This document shows, piece by piece, positions 39,330 through 52,930 of a DNA stretch of 64,000 bases. Position numbers and translations under genes: made by a program. The notes under the pieces are model-generated. The model searched no databases. It was not told where the DNA came from and worked only from the letters and a program-made list of their open reading frames with translations. Numbering within the stretch: the first letter of the stretch is position 1; each line of letters begins with the position of its first letter. The stretch comes from the human T2T-CHM13v2.0 reference genome, Homo sapiens: the NCBI RefSeq assembly GCF_009914755.1, contig NC_060944.1. The stretch is one strand, 5' to 3'.

Positions 39330-42300
39330 GAGTGTTTCAAAACTGCTGTCTCAAAAGACATGTTCAACTCTGTCAGTTGAGGACACACATCACAAAGAAG
39401 TTTGTGAGAATGCTTCCGCCAAGTTTTTATGGGAAGATATTTCCTTTTTCACCATAGGCCTCAAAGCGCTCCAAATGTCCACTTCCAGGGAATGGAAAAA
39501 GAGTGTTTCCAACCTGCTCTACGAAAGCGAATGTTCAACTCCGTGACTTGAATGCAACCATCAGAAGGAAGTTTCTGAGAATGCTTCTGTCTAGATTTTA
39601 TATGAAGATATTCCCGTTTCCAACGAAATCCTCAAAGCTATCCAAATATCCACTTGGAGATTCTACAAAAAGAGTGTTTCAAAACTGCTCTATCAAAAGA
39701 AAGGTTCTACTCCGTCAGTTGAGGACACACATCACGAGTAAGTTTCTGACAATGCTTCTGTCTAGTTTTTATGGGAAGATATGTCCTTTTTCACCTTAGG
39801 CCGGAAAGCGCTCCAAAAGTCCAGTTACAGACACTACAAAGAGAGTGTTTCAAACCTGCTTTGTGAAAGGGAATGTTCAATACTGTGACTTGAATGCAAA
39901 CATCACAAAGAAGTTGCAGAGAATGCTGGTGTCTGCTTTTTATACCTTATCCCGTTTCCAACGAAATCCTCAAATCTAGCCAAATATCCGCTTGCAGACT
40001 CCACAAAAAGAGTGTTTCAAAACTGTACTGTCAAAAGAAATGTTCAACTCTGTTAGTTGAGGACACACATCAGAGACTAGCTTCTGAGAATGCTTCTGTC
40101 CAGTTGTTACGGGAAGATATTTCCTTTTTCAACATAGTCCTGAAACCGCTTCAAATGTCCACTTCCAGATACTGCAAAGTGAGTGATTCAAACCTTCTCT
40201 ACGAAAGGGCATGTTCTCCTCTGTGACGTCAATGCAAACATCCCAAAAAAGTTTCTGAGAATGCTTCTGTCTGGATTTTATCTGAAGACAATCCCGTTTC
40301 CAACGAAATCCTCAAAGATACGCAAAAATGCTCCTGCAGATTCTACAAAAAGAGTGTTTCAAAACTGCTCTATGAAAAGAAAGGTTCGACTCTGTTAGTA
40401 GAGTGCACACATCACAAACAAGTTGCCGAGAATGCTTCTGTCTGGTTTTTATGGGAAGATATTTCCTTTTTCAACGCAAGCCTGAATGCGCTCCAAATGG
40501 ACACTTCCAGATACGACAAAAGGAGTGTTTCAAAGCTGTTCTATGAAAGGGAACGTTCCATTCTGTGACTTGAATGCAAACATCACCAAGTAGTTTCTCA
40601 GAACGCTGCTGTCTGCATTTTATATGTATTCCCGTGTCCAAGGAAATCGTGAAAGCCAGCGAAATATCCACTTGCAGGTTCCACAAAAAGAGTGTTTCAA
40701 AACTGCTCTCTCAAAAGACATGTTCAACTCTGTCAGTTGAGGACACACATCACAAAGAAGTTTCTGAGAATGCTTCTGTCTAGTTTTTATGGGAAGATAT
40801 TTCGTTTTTCACCATAGGCCTCAAAGCGCTCCAAATGTCCACTTCCAGGGAATGGAAAAAGAGTGTTTCCACCTGCTCTATGAAAGCGAATGTTCAACTC
40901 CGTGACTTGAATGCAACCATCACAAGGAAGTTTCTGAGAATGCTTCTGTCTAGATTTTATATGAAGATATTCCCGTTTCCAACGAAATCCTCAAAGCTAT
41001 CCAAATATCCACTTGGAGATTCTACAAAAGGAGTGTTTCAAAACTGCTCTATCAAAAGAAAGGTTCTACTCCGTCAGTTGAGGACACACATCACGAGTAA
41101 GTTTCTGACAATGCTTCTGTCTAGTTTTTATGGGAAGATATGTCCTTTTTCACCTTTGGCCGGAAAGCGCTCCAAAAGTCCAGTTACAGACACTACAAAG
41201 AGAGTGTTTCAAACCTGCTCTGTGAAAGGGAATGTTCCATTCTGTGACTTGAATGCAAACATCACAAAGAAGTTGCTGAGAATGCTGCTGTCTATTTTTA
41301 TACCTTATCCCGTTTCCAACGAAATCCTCAAATCCAGCCAAATATCCACTTGCAGACTCCACAAAAAGAGTGTTTCAAAACTATACTGTCAAAAGAAATG
41401 TTCAACTCTGTTAGTTGAGGACACACATCAGAGACTAGTTTCTGAGAATGCTTCTGTCCAGTTGTTACGGGAAGATATTTCCTTTTTCAACATAGGCCTG
41501 AAACTGCTTCAAATGTCCACTTCCAGATACTGCAAAGAGAGTGTTTCAAACCTTCTCTACGAAAGGGCATGTTCTCCTCTGTGACGTCAATGCAAACATC
41601 CCAAAGAAGTTTCTGAGAATGCATCTGTCTGGATTTTCTCTGAAGACAATCCCGTTTCCAACGAAATCCTCAAAGATATGCATATATGCTCCTGCAGATT
41701 CTACAAAAAGAGTGTTTCAAAACTGCTCTATGAAAAGAAAGGTTCGACTCTGTTAGTAGAGGGCACACATCACAAACAAGTTGCCGAGAATGCTTCTGTC
41801 TGGTTTTTATGGGAAGATATTTCCTTTTCCAACACAAGCCTGAATGCGCTCCAAATGGACACTTCCAGATACGACAAAAGGAGTGTTTCAAACCTGTTCT
41901 GTGAAAGGGAACGTTCCATTCTGTGACTTGAATGCAAACATCACCAAGTAGTTTCTCAGAACGCTGCTGTCTGCATTTTATATGTATTCCCGTGTCCAAC
42001 GAAATCATCAAAGCCAGCCAAATATCCACTTGCAGGTTCCACAAAAAGAGTGTGTCAAAACTGCTCTCTCAAAAGACATGTTCAACCTTGTCAGTTGAGG
42101 ACACACATCACAAAGAAGTTTCTGAGAATGCTTCTGTCTAGTTTTTATGGGAAGATATTTCCTTTTTCACCATAGGCCTCAAAGCGCTCCAAATGTCCAC
42201 TTCCAGGGAATGGAAAAAGAGTGTTTCCAACCTGCTCTATGAAAGACAATGTTCAACTCCGTGACTTGAATGCAACCATCACAAGGAAGTTTCTGAGAAT

Positions 42301-45300
42301 GCTTCTGTCTAGATTTTATATGAAGATATTCCCGTTTCCAACGAAATCCTCAAAGCTATCCAAATATCCACTTGGAGATTCTACAAAAAGAGTGTTGCAA
42401 AACTGCTCTATCAAAAGAAAGGTTCTACTCCGTCAGTTGAGGACACACATCACGAGTAAGTTTCTGACAATGCTTCTGTCTAGTTTTTATGGGAAGATAT
42501 GTCCTTTTTCACCTTAGACCGGAAAGCGCTCCAAAAGTCCAGTTACAGACACTACAAAGAGAGTGTTTGAAACCTGCTCTGTGAAAGGGAATGTTCAATA
42601 CTGTGACTTGAATGCAAACATCACAAAGAAGTTGCAGAGAATGCTGGTGTCTGCTTTTTATACCTTATCCCGTTTCCAACGAAATCCTCAAATCTAGCCA
42701 AATATCCGCTTGCAGACTCCACAAAAAGAGTGTTTCAAAACTGTACTGTCAAAAGAAATTTTCAACTCTGTTAGTTGAGGACACACATCAGAGACTAGCT
42801 TCTGAGAATGCTTCTGTCCAGTTGTTACGGGAAGATATTTCCTTTTTCAGAATAGGCCTGAAACCGCTTCAAATGTCCACTTCCAGATACTGCAAAGAGA
42901 GTGTTTCAAACCTTCTCTATGAAAGGGCATGTTCTCCTCTGTGACGTCAATGCAAACCTCCCAAAGAAGTTTCTGAGAATGCTTCTGTCTGGATTTTATC
43001 TGAAGACAATCCCGTTTCCAACGAAATCCTCAAAGCTATGCAAATATGCTCCTGCAGATTCTACAAAAAGAGTGTTTCAAAACTGCTCTATGAAAAGAAA
43101 GGTTCGACTATGTTAGTAGAGGGCACACGTCACATACAAGTTGCCGAGAATGGTTCTGTCTGGTTTTTATGGGAAGATATTTCCTTTTCCAACACAAGCC
43201 TGAATTCGCTCCAAATGGACACTTCCAGATACGACAAAAGGAGTGTTTCAAACCTGTTCTGTGAAAGGGAACGTTCCATTCTGTGACTTGAATGCAAACA
43301 TCACCAAGTAGTTTCTCAGAACGCTGCTGTCTGCTTTTTATATGTATTCCCGTTTCCAACGAAATCGTCAAAGCCAGCCAAATATCCACTTGCAGGTTCC
43401 ACAAAAAGAGTGTTTCAAAACTGCTCTCTCAAAAGACATGTTCAACTCTGTCAGTTGAGGACACACATCACAAAAAAGTTTGTGAGAATGCTTCTGCCTA
43501 GTTTTTATGGGAAGATATTTCCTTTTTCACCATAGGCCTCAAAGCGCTCCAAATGTCCACTTCCAGGGAATGGAAAAAGAGTGTTTCCAACCTGCTCTAC
43601 GAAAGCGAATGTTCAACTCCGTGACTTGAATGCAACCATCACAAGGAAGTTTCTGAGAATGCTTCTGTCTAGATTTTATATGAAGATATTCCCGTTTCCA
43701 ACGAAATCCTCAAAGCTATCCAAATATCCACTTGGAGATTCTTCAAAAAGAGTTTTTCAAAACTGCTCTATCAAAAGAAAGGTTCTACTCTGTCAGTTGA
43801 GGACACACATGACGAATAAGTTTCTGACAATGCTTCTGTCTAGTTTTTATGGGAAGATATGTACTTTCTAACATTTGGCCGGAAAGCGCTCCAAAAGTCC
43901 AGTTACAGACACTACAAAGAGAGTGTTTCAAACCTGCTCTGTGAAAGGGAATGTTCAATACTGTGACTTGAATGCAAACATCACAAAGAAGTTGCAGAGA
44001 ATGCTGGTGTCTGCTTTTTATACCTTATCCCGTTTCCAACGAAATCCTCAAATCTAGCCAAATATCCGCTTGCAGACTCCACAAAAAGAGTGTTTCAAAA
44101 CTGTACTGTCAAAAGAAATGTTCAACTCTGTTAGTTGAGGACACACATCAGAGACTAGCTTCTGAGAATGCTTCTGTCTAGTTGTTACGGGAAGATATTT
44201 CCTTTTTCAACATAGGCCTGAAACCGCTTCAAATGTCCGCTTCCAGATACTGCAAAGAGAGTGTTTCAAACCTTCTCTACGAAAGGGCATGTTCTCCTCT
44301 GTGACGTCAATGCAAACATCCCAAAGAAGTTTCTGAGAATGCTTCTGTCTGGATTTTATCTGAAGGCAATCCCGCTTCCAACGAAATCCTCAAAGATATG
44401 CAAAAATGCTCCTGCAGATTCTACAAAAAGAGTGTTTCAAAACTGCTCTATGAAAAGAAAGGTTCGACTCTGTTAGTAGAGGGCACACATCACAAACAAG
44501 TTGCCGAGAATGCTTCTGTCTGGTTTTTATGGGAAGATATTTCCTTTTTCAACGCAAGCCTGAATGCACTCCAAATGGACACTTCCAGATACGACAAAAG
44601 GAGTGTTTCAAAGCTGTTCTATGAAAGGGAACGTTCCATTCTGTGACTTGAATGCAAACATCACCAAGTAGATTCTCAGAACGCTGCTGTCTGCTTTTTA
44701 TATGTATTCCCGTTTCCAAGGAAATCGTCAAAGCCAGCCAAATATCCACTTGCAGGTTCCACAAAAAGAGTGTTTCAAAACTGCTCTCTCAAAAGACATG
44801 TTCAACTCTGTCAGTTGAGGACACACATCACAAAGAAGTTTCTGACAATGCTTCTGTCTAGTTTTTATGGGAAGATATTTCCTTTTTCACCATAGGCCTC
44901 AAAGCGCTCCAAATGTACACTTCCAGGGAATGGAAAAAGAGTGTTTCCCACCTGCTCTATGAAAGCGAATGTTCAACTCCGTGACTTGAATGCAACCATC
45001 CCAAGGAAGTTTCTGAGAATGCTTCTGTCTAGATTTTATATGAAGATATTCCCGTTTCCAACGAAATCCTCAAAGCTATCCAAATATCCACTTGGAGATT
45101 CTACAAAAAGAGTGTTGCAAAACTGCTCTATCAAAAGAAAGGTTCTACTCCGTCAGTTGAGGACACACATCACGAGTAAGTTTCTGACAATGCTTCTGTC
45201 TAGTTTTTATGGGAAGATATGTCCTTTTTCACCTTAGACCGGAAAGCGCTCCAAAAGTCCAGTTACAGACACTACAAAGAGAGTGTTTGAAACCTGCTCT

Positions 45301-48300
45301 GTGAAAGGGAATGTTCAATACTGTGACTTGAATGCAAACATCACAAAGAAGTTGCAGAGAATGCTGGTGTCTGCTTTTTATACCTTATCCCGTTTCCAAC
45401 GAAATCCTCAAATCTAGCCAAATATCTGCTTGCAGACTCCACAAAAAGAGTGTTTCAAAACTGTACTGTCAAAAGAAATTTTCAACTCTGTTAGTTGAGG
45501 ACACACATCAGAGACTAGCTTCTGAGAATGCTTCTGTCCAGTTGTTACGGGAAGATATTTCCTTTTTCAGAATAGGCCTGAAACCGCTTCAAATGTCCAC
45601 TTCCAGATACTGCAAAGAGAGTGTTTCAAACCTTCTCTACGAAAGGGCATGTTCTCCTCGGTGACGTCAATGCAAACCTCCCAAAGAAGTTTCTGAGAAT
45701 GCTTCTGTCTGGATTTTATCTGAAGACAATCCCGTTTCCAACGAAATCCTCAAAGCTATGCAAATATGCTCCTGCAGATTCTACAAAAAGAGTGTTTCAA
45801 AACTGCTCTATGAAAAGAAAGGTTCGACTATGTTAGTAGAGGGCACACGTCACATACAAGTTGCCGAGAATGGTTCTGTCTGGTTTTTATGGGAAGATAT
45901 TTCCTTTTCCAACACAAGCCTGAATTCGCTCCAAATGGACACTTCCAGATACGACAAAAGGAGTGTTTCAAACCTGTTCTGTGAAAGGGAACGTTCCATT
46001 CTGTGACTTGAATGCAAACATCACCAAGTAGTTTCTCAGAACGCTGCTGTCTGCTTTTTATATGTATTCCCGTTTCCAACGAAATCGTCAAAGCCAGCCA
46101 AATATCCACTTGCAGGTTCCACAAAAAGAGTGTTTCAAAACTGCTGTCTCAAAAGACATGTTCAACTCTGTCAGTTGAGGACACACATCACAAAGAAGTT
46201 TGTGAGAATGCTTCCGCCAAGTTTTTATGGGAAGATATTTCCTTTTTCACCATAGGCCTCAAAGCGCTCCAAATGTCCACTTCCAGGGAATGGAAAAAGA
46301 GTGTTTCCAACCTGCTCTACGAAAGCGAATGTTCAACTCCGTGACTTGAATGCAACCATCAGAAGGAAGTTTCTGAGAATGCTTCTGTCTAGATTTTATA
46401 TGAAGATATTCCCGTTTCCAACGAAATCCTCAAAGCTATCCAAATATCCACTTGGAGATTCTACAAAAAGAGTGTTTCAAAACTGCTCTATCAAAAGAAA
46501 GGTTCTACTCCGTCAGTTGAGGACACACATCACGAGTAAGTTTCTGACAATGCTTCTGTCTAGTTTTTATGGGAAGATATGTCCTTTTTCACCTTAGGCC
46601 GGAAAGCGCTCCAAAAGTCCAGTTACAGACACTACAAAGAGAGTGTTTCAAACCTGCTTTGTGAAAGGGAATGTTCAATACTGTGACTTGAATGCAAACA
46701 TCACAAAGAAGTTGCAGAGAATGCTGGTGTCTGCTTTTTATACCTTATCCCGTTTCCAACGAAATCCTCAAATCTAGCCAAATATCCGCTTGCAGACTCC
46801 ACAAAAAGAGTGTTTCAAAACTGTACTGTCAAAAGAAATGTTCAACTCTGTTAGTTGAGGACACACATCAGAGACTAGCTTCTGAGAATGCTTCTGTCCA
46901 GTTGTTACGGGAAGATATTTCCTTTTTCAACATAGTCCTGAAACCGCTTCAAATGTCCACTTCCAGATACTGCAAAGTGAGTGATTCAAACCTTCTCTAC
47001 GAAAGGGCATGTTCTCCTCTGTGACGTCAATGCAAACATCCCAAAAAAGTTTCTGAGAATGCTTCTGTCTGGATTTTATCTGAAGACAATCCCGTTTCCA
47101 ACGAAATCCTCAAAGATACGCAAAAATGCTCCTGCAGATTCTACAAAAAGAGTGTTTCAAAACTGCTCTATGAAAAGAAAGGTTCGACTCTGTTAGTAGA
47201 GTGCACACATCACAAACAAGTTGCCGAGAATGCTTCTGTCTGGTTTTTATGGGAAGATATTTCCTTTTTCAACGCAAGCCTGAATGCGCTCCAAATGGAC
47301 ACTTCCAGATACGACAAAAGGAGTGTTTCAAAGCTGTTCTATGAAAGGGAACGTTCCATTCTGTGACTTGAATGCAAACATCACCAAGTAGTTTCTCAGA
47401 ACGCTGCTGTCTGCATTTTATATGTATTCCCGTGTCCAAGGAAATCGTGAAAGCCAGCGAAATATCCACTTGCAGGTTCCACAAAAAGAGTGTTTCAAAA
47501 CTGCTCTCTCAAAAGACATGTTCAACTCTGTCAGTTGAGGACACACATCACAAAGAAGTTTCTGAGAATGCTTCTGTCTAGTTTTTATGGGAAGATATTT
47601 CGTTTTTCACCATAGGCCTCAAAGCGCTCCAAATGTCCACTTCCAGGGAATGGAAAAAGAGTGTTTCCACCTGCTCTATGAAAGCGAATGTTCAACTCCG
47701 TGACTTGAATGCAACCATCACAAGGAAGTTTCTGAGAATGCTTCTGTCTAGATTTTATATGAAGATATTCCCGTTTCCAACGAAATCCTCAAAGCTATCC
47801 AAATATCCACTTGGAGATTCTACAAAAGGAGTGTTTCAAAACTGCTCTATCAAAAGAAAGGTTCTACTCCGTCAGTTGAGGACACACATCACGAGTAAGT
47901 TTCTGACAATGCTTCTGTCTAGTTTTTATGGGAAGATATGTCCTTTTTCACCTTTGGCCGGAAAGCGCTCCAAAAGTCCAGTTACAGACACTACAAAGAG
48001 AGTGTTTCAAACCTGCTCTGTGAAAGGGAATGTTCCATTCTGTGACTTGAATGCAAACATCACAAAGAAGTTGCTGAGAATGCTGCTGTCTATTTTTATA
48101 CCTTATCCCGTTTCCAACGAAATCCTCAAATCCAGCCAAATATCCACTTGCAGACTCCACAAAAAGAGTGTTTCAAAACTATACTGTCAAAAGAAATGTT
48201 CAACTCTGTTAGTTGAGGACACACATCAGAGACTAGTTTCTGAGAATGCTTCTGTCCAGTTGTTACGGGAAGATATTTCCTTTTTCAACATAGGCCTGAA

Positions 48301-51300
48301 ACTGCTTCAAATGTCCACTTCCAGATACTGCAAAGAGAGTGTTTCAAACCTTCTCTACGAAAGGGCATGTTCTCCTCTGTGACGTCAATGCAAACATCCC
48401 AAAGAAGTTTCTGAGAATGCATCTGTCTGGATTTTCTCTGAAGACAATCCCGTTTCCAACGAAATCCTCAAAGATATGCATATATGCTCCTGCAGATTCT
48501 ACAAAAAGAGTGTTTCAAAACTGCTCTATGAAAAGAAAGGTTCGACTCTGTTAGTAGAGGGCACACATCACAAACAAGTTGCCGAGAATGCTTCTGTCTG
48601 GTTTTTATGGGAAGATATTTCCTTTTCCAACACAAGCCTGAATGCGCTCCAAATGGACACTTCCAGATACGACAAAAGGAGTGTTTCAAACCTGTTCTGT
48701 GAAAGGGAACGTTCCATTCTGTGACTTGAATGCAAACATCACCAAGTAGTTTCTCAGAACGCTGCTGTCTGCATTTTATATGTATTCCCGTGTCCAACGA
48801 AATCATCAAAGCCAGCCAAATATCCACTTGCAGGTTCCACAAAAAGAGTGTGTCAAAACTGCTCTCTCAAAAGACATGTTCAACCTTGTCAGTTGAGGAC
48901 ACACATCACAAAGAAGTTTCTGAGAATGCTTCTGTCTAGTTTTTATGGGAAGATATTTCCTTTTTCACCATAGGCCTCAAAGCGCTCCAAATGTCCACTT
49001 CCAGGGAATGGAAAAAGAGTGTTTCCAACCTGCTCTATGAAAGACAATGTTCAACTCCGTGACTTGAATGCAACCATCACAAGGAAGTTTCTGAGAATGC
49101 TTCTGTCTAGATTTTATATGAAGATATTCCCGTTTCCAACGAAATCCTCAAAGCTATCCAAATATCCACTTGGAGATTCTACAAAAAGAGTGTTGCAAAA
49201 CTGCTCTATCAAAAGAAAGGTTCTACTCCGTCAGTTGAGGACACACATCACGAGTAAGTTTCTGACAATGCTTCTGTCTAGTTTTTATGGGAAGATATGT
49301 CCTTTTTCACCTTAGACCGGAAAGCGCTCCAAAAGTCCAGTTACAGACACTACAAAGAGAGTGTTTGAAACCTGCTCTGTGAAAGGGAATGTTCAATACT
49401 GTGACTTGAATGCAAACATCACAAAGAAGTTGCAGAGAATGCTGGTGTCTGCTTTTTATACCTTATCCCGTTTCCAACGAAATCCTCAAATCTAGCCAAA
49501 TATCCGCTTGCAGACTCCACAAAAAGAGTGTTTCAAAACTGTACTGTCAAAAGAAATTTTCAACTCTGTTAGTTGAGGACACACATCAGAGACTAGCTTC
49601 TGAGAATGCTTCTGTCCAGTTGTTACGGGAAGATATTTCCTTTTTCAGAATAGGCCTGAAACCGCTTCAAATGTCCACTTCCAGATACTGCAAAGAGAGT
49701 GTTTCAAACCTTCTCTATGAAAGGGCATGTTCTCCTCTGTGACGTCAATGCAAACCTCCCAAAGAAGTTTCTGAGAATGCTTCTGTCTGGATTTTATCTG
49801 AAGACAATCCCGTTTCCAACGAAATCCTCAAAGCTATGCAAATATGCTCCTGCAGATTCTACAAAAAGAGTGTTTCAAAACTGCTCTATGAAAAGAAAGG
49901 TTCGACTATGTTAGTAGAGGGCACACGTCACATACAAGTTGCCGAGAATGGTTCTGTCTGGTTTTTATGGGAAGATATTTCCTTTTCCAACACAAGCCTG
50001 AATTCGCTCCAAATGGACACTTCCAGATACGACAAAAGGAGTGTTTCAAACCTGTTCTGTGAAAGGGAACGTTCCATTCTGTGACTTGAATGCAAACATC
50101 ACCAAGTAGTTTCTCAGAACGCTGCTGTCTGCTTTTTATATGTATTCCCGTTTCCAACGAAATCGTCAAAGCCAGCCAAATATCCACTTGCAGGTTCCAC
50201 AAAAAGAGTGTTTCAAAACTGCTCTCTCAAAAGACATGTTCAACTCTGTCAGTTGAGGACACACATCACAAAAAAGTTTGTGAGAATGCTTCTGCCTAGT
50301 TTTTATGGGAAGATATTTCCTTTTTCACCATAGGCCTCAAAGCGCTCCAAATGTCCACTTCCAGGGAATGGAAAAAGAGTGTTTCCAACCTGCTCTACGA
50401 AAGCGAATGTTCAACTCCGTGACTTGAATGCAACCATCACAAGGAAGTTTCTGAGAATGCTTCTGTCTAGATTTTATATGAAGATATTCCCGTTTCCAAC
50501 GAAATCCTCAAAGCTATCCAAATATCCACTTGGAGATTCTTCAAAAAGAGTTTTTCAAAACTGCTCTATCAAAAGAAAGGTTCTACTCTGTCAGTTGAGG
50601 ACACACATGACGAATAAGTTTCTGACAATGCTTCTGTCTAGTTTTTATGGGAAGATATGTACTTTCTAACATTTGGCCGGAAAGCGCTCCAAAAGTCCAG
50701 TTACAGACACTACAAAGAGAGTGTTTCAAACCTGCTCTGTGAAAGGGAATGTTCAATACTGTGACTTGAATGCAAACATCACAAAGAAGTTGCAGAGAAT
50801 GCTGGTGTCTGCTTTTTATACCTTATCCCGTTTCCAACGAAATCCTCAAATCTAGCCAAATATCCGCTTGCAGACTCCACAAAAAGAGTGTTTCAAAACT
50901 GTACTGTCAAAAGAAATGTTCAACTCTGTTAGTTGAGGACACACATCAGAGACTAGCTTCTGAGAATGCTTCTGTCTAGTTGTTACGGGAAGATATTTCC
51001 TTTTTCAACATAGGCCTGAAACCGCTTCAAATGTCCGCTTCCAGATACTGCAAAGAGAGTGTTTCAAACCTTCTCTACGAAAGGGCATGTTCTCCTCTGT
51101 GACGTCAATGCAAACATCCCAAAGAAGTTTCTGAGAATGCTTCTGTCTGGATTTTATCTGAAGGCAATCCCGCTTCCAACGAAATCCTCAAAGATATGCA
51201 AAAATGCTCCTGCAGATTCTACAAAAAGAGTGTTTCAAAACTGCTCTATGAAAAGAAAGGTTCGACTCTGTTAGTAGAGGGCACACATCACAAACAAGTT

Positions 51301-52930
51301 GCCGAGAATGCTTCTGTCTGGTTTTTATGGGAAGATATTTCCTTTTTCAACGCAAGCCTGAATGCACTCCAAATGGACACTTCCAGATACGACAAAAGGA
51401 GTGTTTCAAAGCTGTTCTATGAAAGGGAACGTTCCATTCTGTGACTTGAATGCAAACATCACCAAGTAGATTCTCAGAACGCTGCTGTCTGCTTTTTATA
51501 TGTATTCCCGTTTCCAAGGAAATCGTCAAAGCCAGCCAAATATCCACTTGCAGGTTCCACAAAAAGAGTGTTTCAAAACTGCTCTCTCAAAAGACATGTT
51601 CAACTCTGTCAGTTGAGGACACACATCACAAAGAAGTTTCTGACAATGCTTCTGTCTAGTTTTTATGGGAAGATATTTCCTTTTTCACCATAGGCCTCAA
51701 AGCGCTCCAAATGTACACTTCCAGGGAATGGAAAAAGAGTGTTTCCCACCTGCTCTATGAAAGCGAATGTTCAACTCCGTGACTTGAATGCAACCATCCC
51801 AAGGAAGTTTCTGAGAATGCTTCTGTCTAGATTTTATATGAAGATATTCCCGTTTCCAACGAAATCCTCAAAGCTATCCAAATATCCACTTGGAGATTCT
51901 ACAAAAAGAGTGTTGCAAAACTGCTCTATCAAAAGAAAGGTTCTACTCCGTCAGTTGAGGACACACATCACGAGTAAGTTTCTGACAATGCTTCTGTCTA
52001 GTTTTTATGGGAAGATATGTCCTTTTTCACCTTAGACCGGAAAGCGCTCCAAAAGTCCAGTTACAGACACTACAAAGAGAGTGTTTGAAACCTGCTCTGT
52101 GAAAGGGAATGTTCAATACTGTGACTTGAATGCAAACATCACAAAGAAGTTGCAGAGAATGCTGGTGTCTGCTTTTTATACCTTATCCCGTTTCCAACGA
52201 AATCCTCAAATCTAGCCAAATATCTGCTTGCAGACTCCACAAAAAGAGTGTTTCAAAACTGTACTGTCAAAAGAAATTTTCAACTCTGTTAGTTGAGGAC
52301 ACACATCAGAGACTAGCTTCTGAGAATGCTTCTGTCCAGTTGTTACGGGAAGATATTTCCTTTTTCAGAATAGGCCTGAAACCGCTTCAAATGTCCACTT
52401 CCAGATACTGCAAAGAGAGTGTTTCAAACCTTCTCTACGAAAGGGCATGTTCTCCTCGGTGACGTCAATGCAAACCTCCCAAAGAAGTTTCTGAGAATGC
52501 TTCTGTCTGGATTTTATCTGAAGACAATCCCGTTTCCAACGAAATCCTCAAAGCTATGCAAATATGCTCCTGCAGATTCTACAAAAAGAGTGTTTCAAAA
52601 CTGCTCTATGAAAAGAAAGGTTCGACTATGTTAGTAGAGGGCACACGTCACATACAAGTTGCCGAGAATGGTTCTGTCTGGTTTTTATGGGAAGATATTT
52701 CCTTTTCCAACACAAGCCTGAATTCGCTCCAAATGGACACTTCCAGATACGACAAAAGGAGTGTTTCAAACCTGTTCTGTGAAAGGGAACGTTCCATTCT
52801 GTGACTTGAATGCAAACATCACCAAGTAGTTTCTCAGAACGCTGCTGTCTGCTTTTTATATGTATTCCCGTTTCCAACGAAATCGTCAAAGCCAGCCAAA
52901 TATCCACTTGCAGGTTCCACAAAAAGAGTG
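39330..52930. repeat. Tandem duplication of a 5-HOR block (6798 bp period, 40 monomers)
   Basis: Identical variant ORFs are offset by exactly 6798 bp: 39503/46301, 40835/47633, 42221/49019, 43581/50379, 44941/51739. Both copies share the 1-bp deletions at about 40870/47668 and 41293/48091. Confidence 0.93.

Noticed and set aside
40835-41584. Longest ORF, 249 aa (duplicated at 47633-48382)
   Set aside because: It is created by chance through two 1-bp deletions and a TAG>TTG change that fuse satellite frames. Its duplicate reflects the 6798-bp duplication, not coding conservation.
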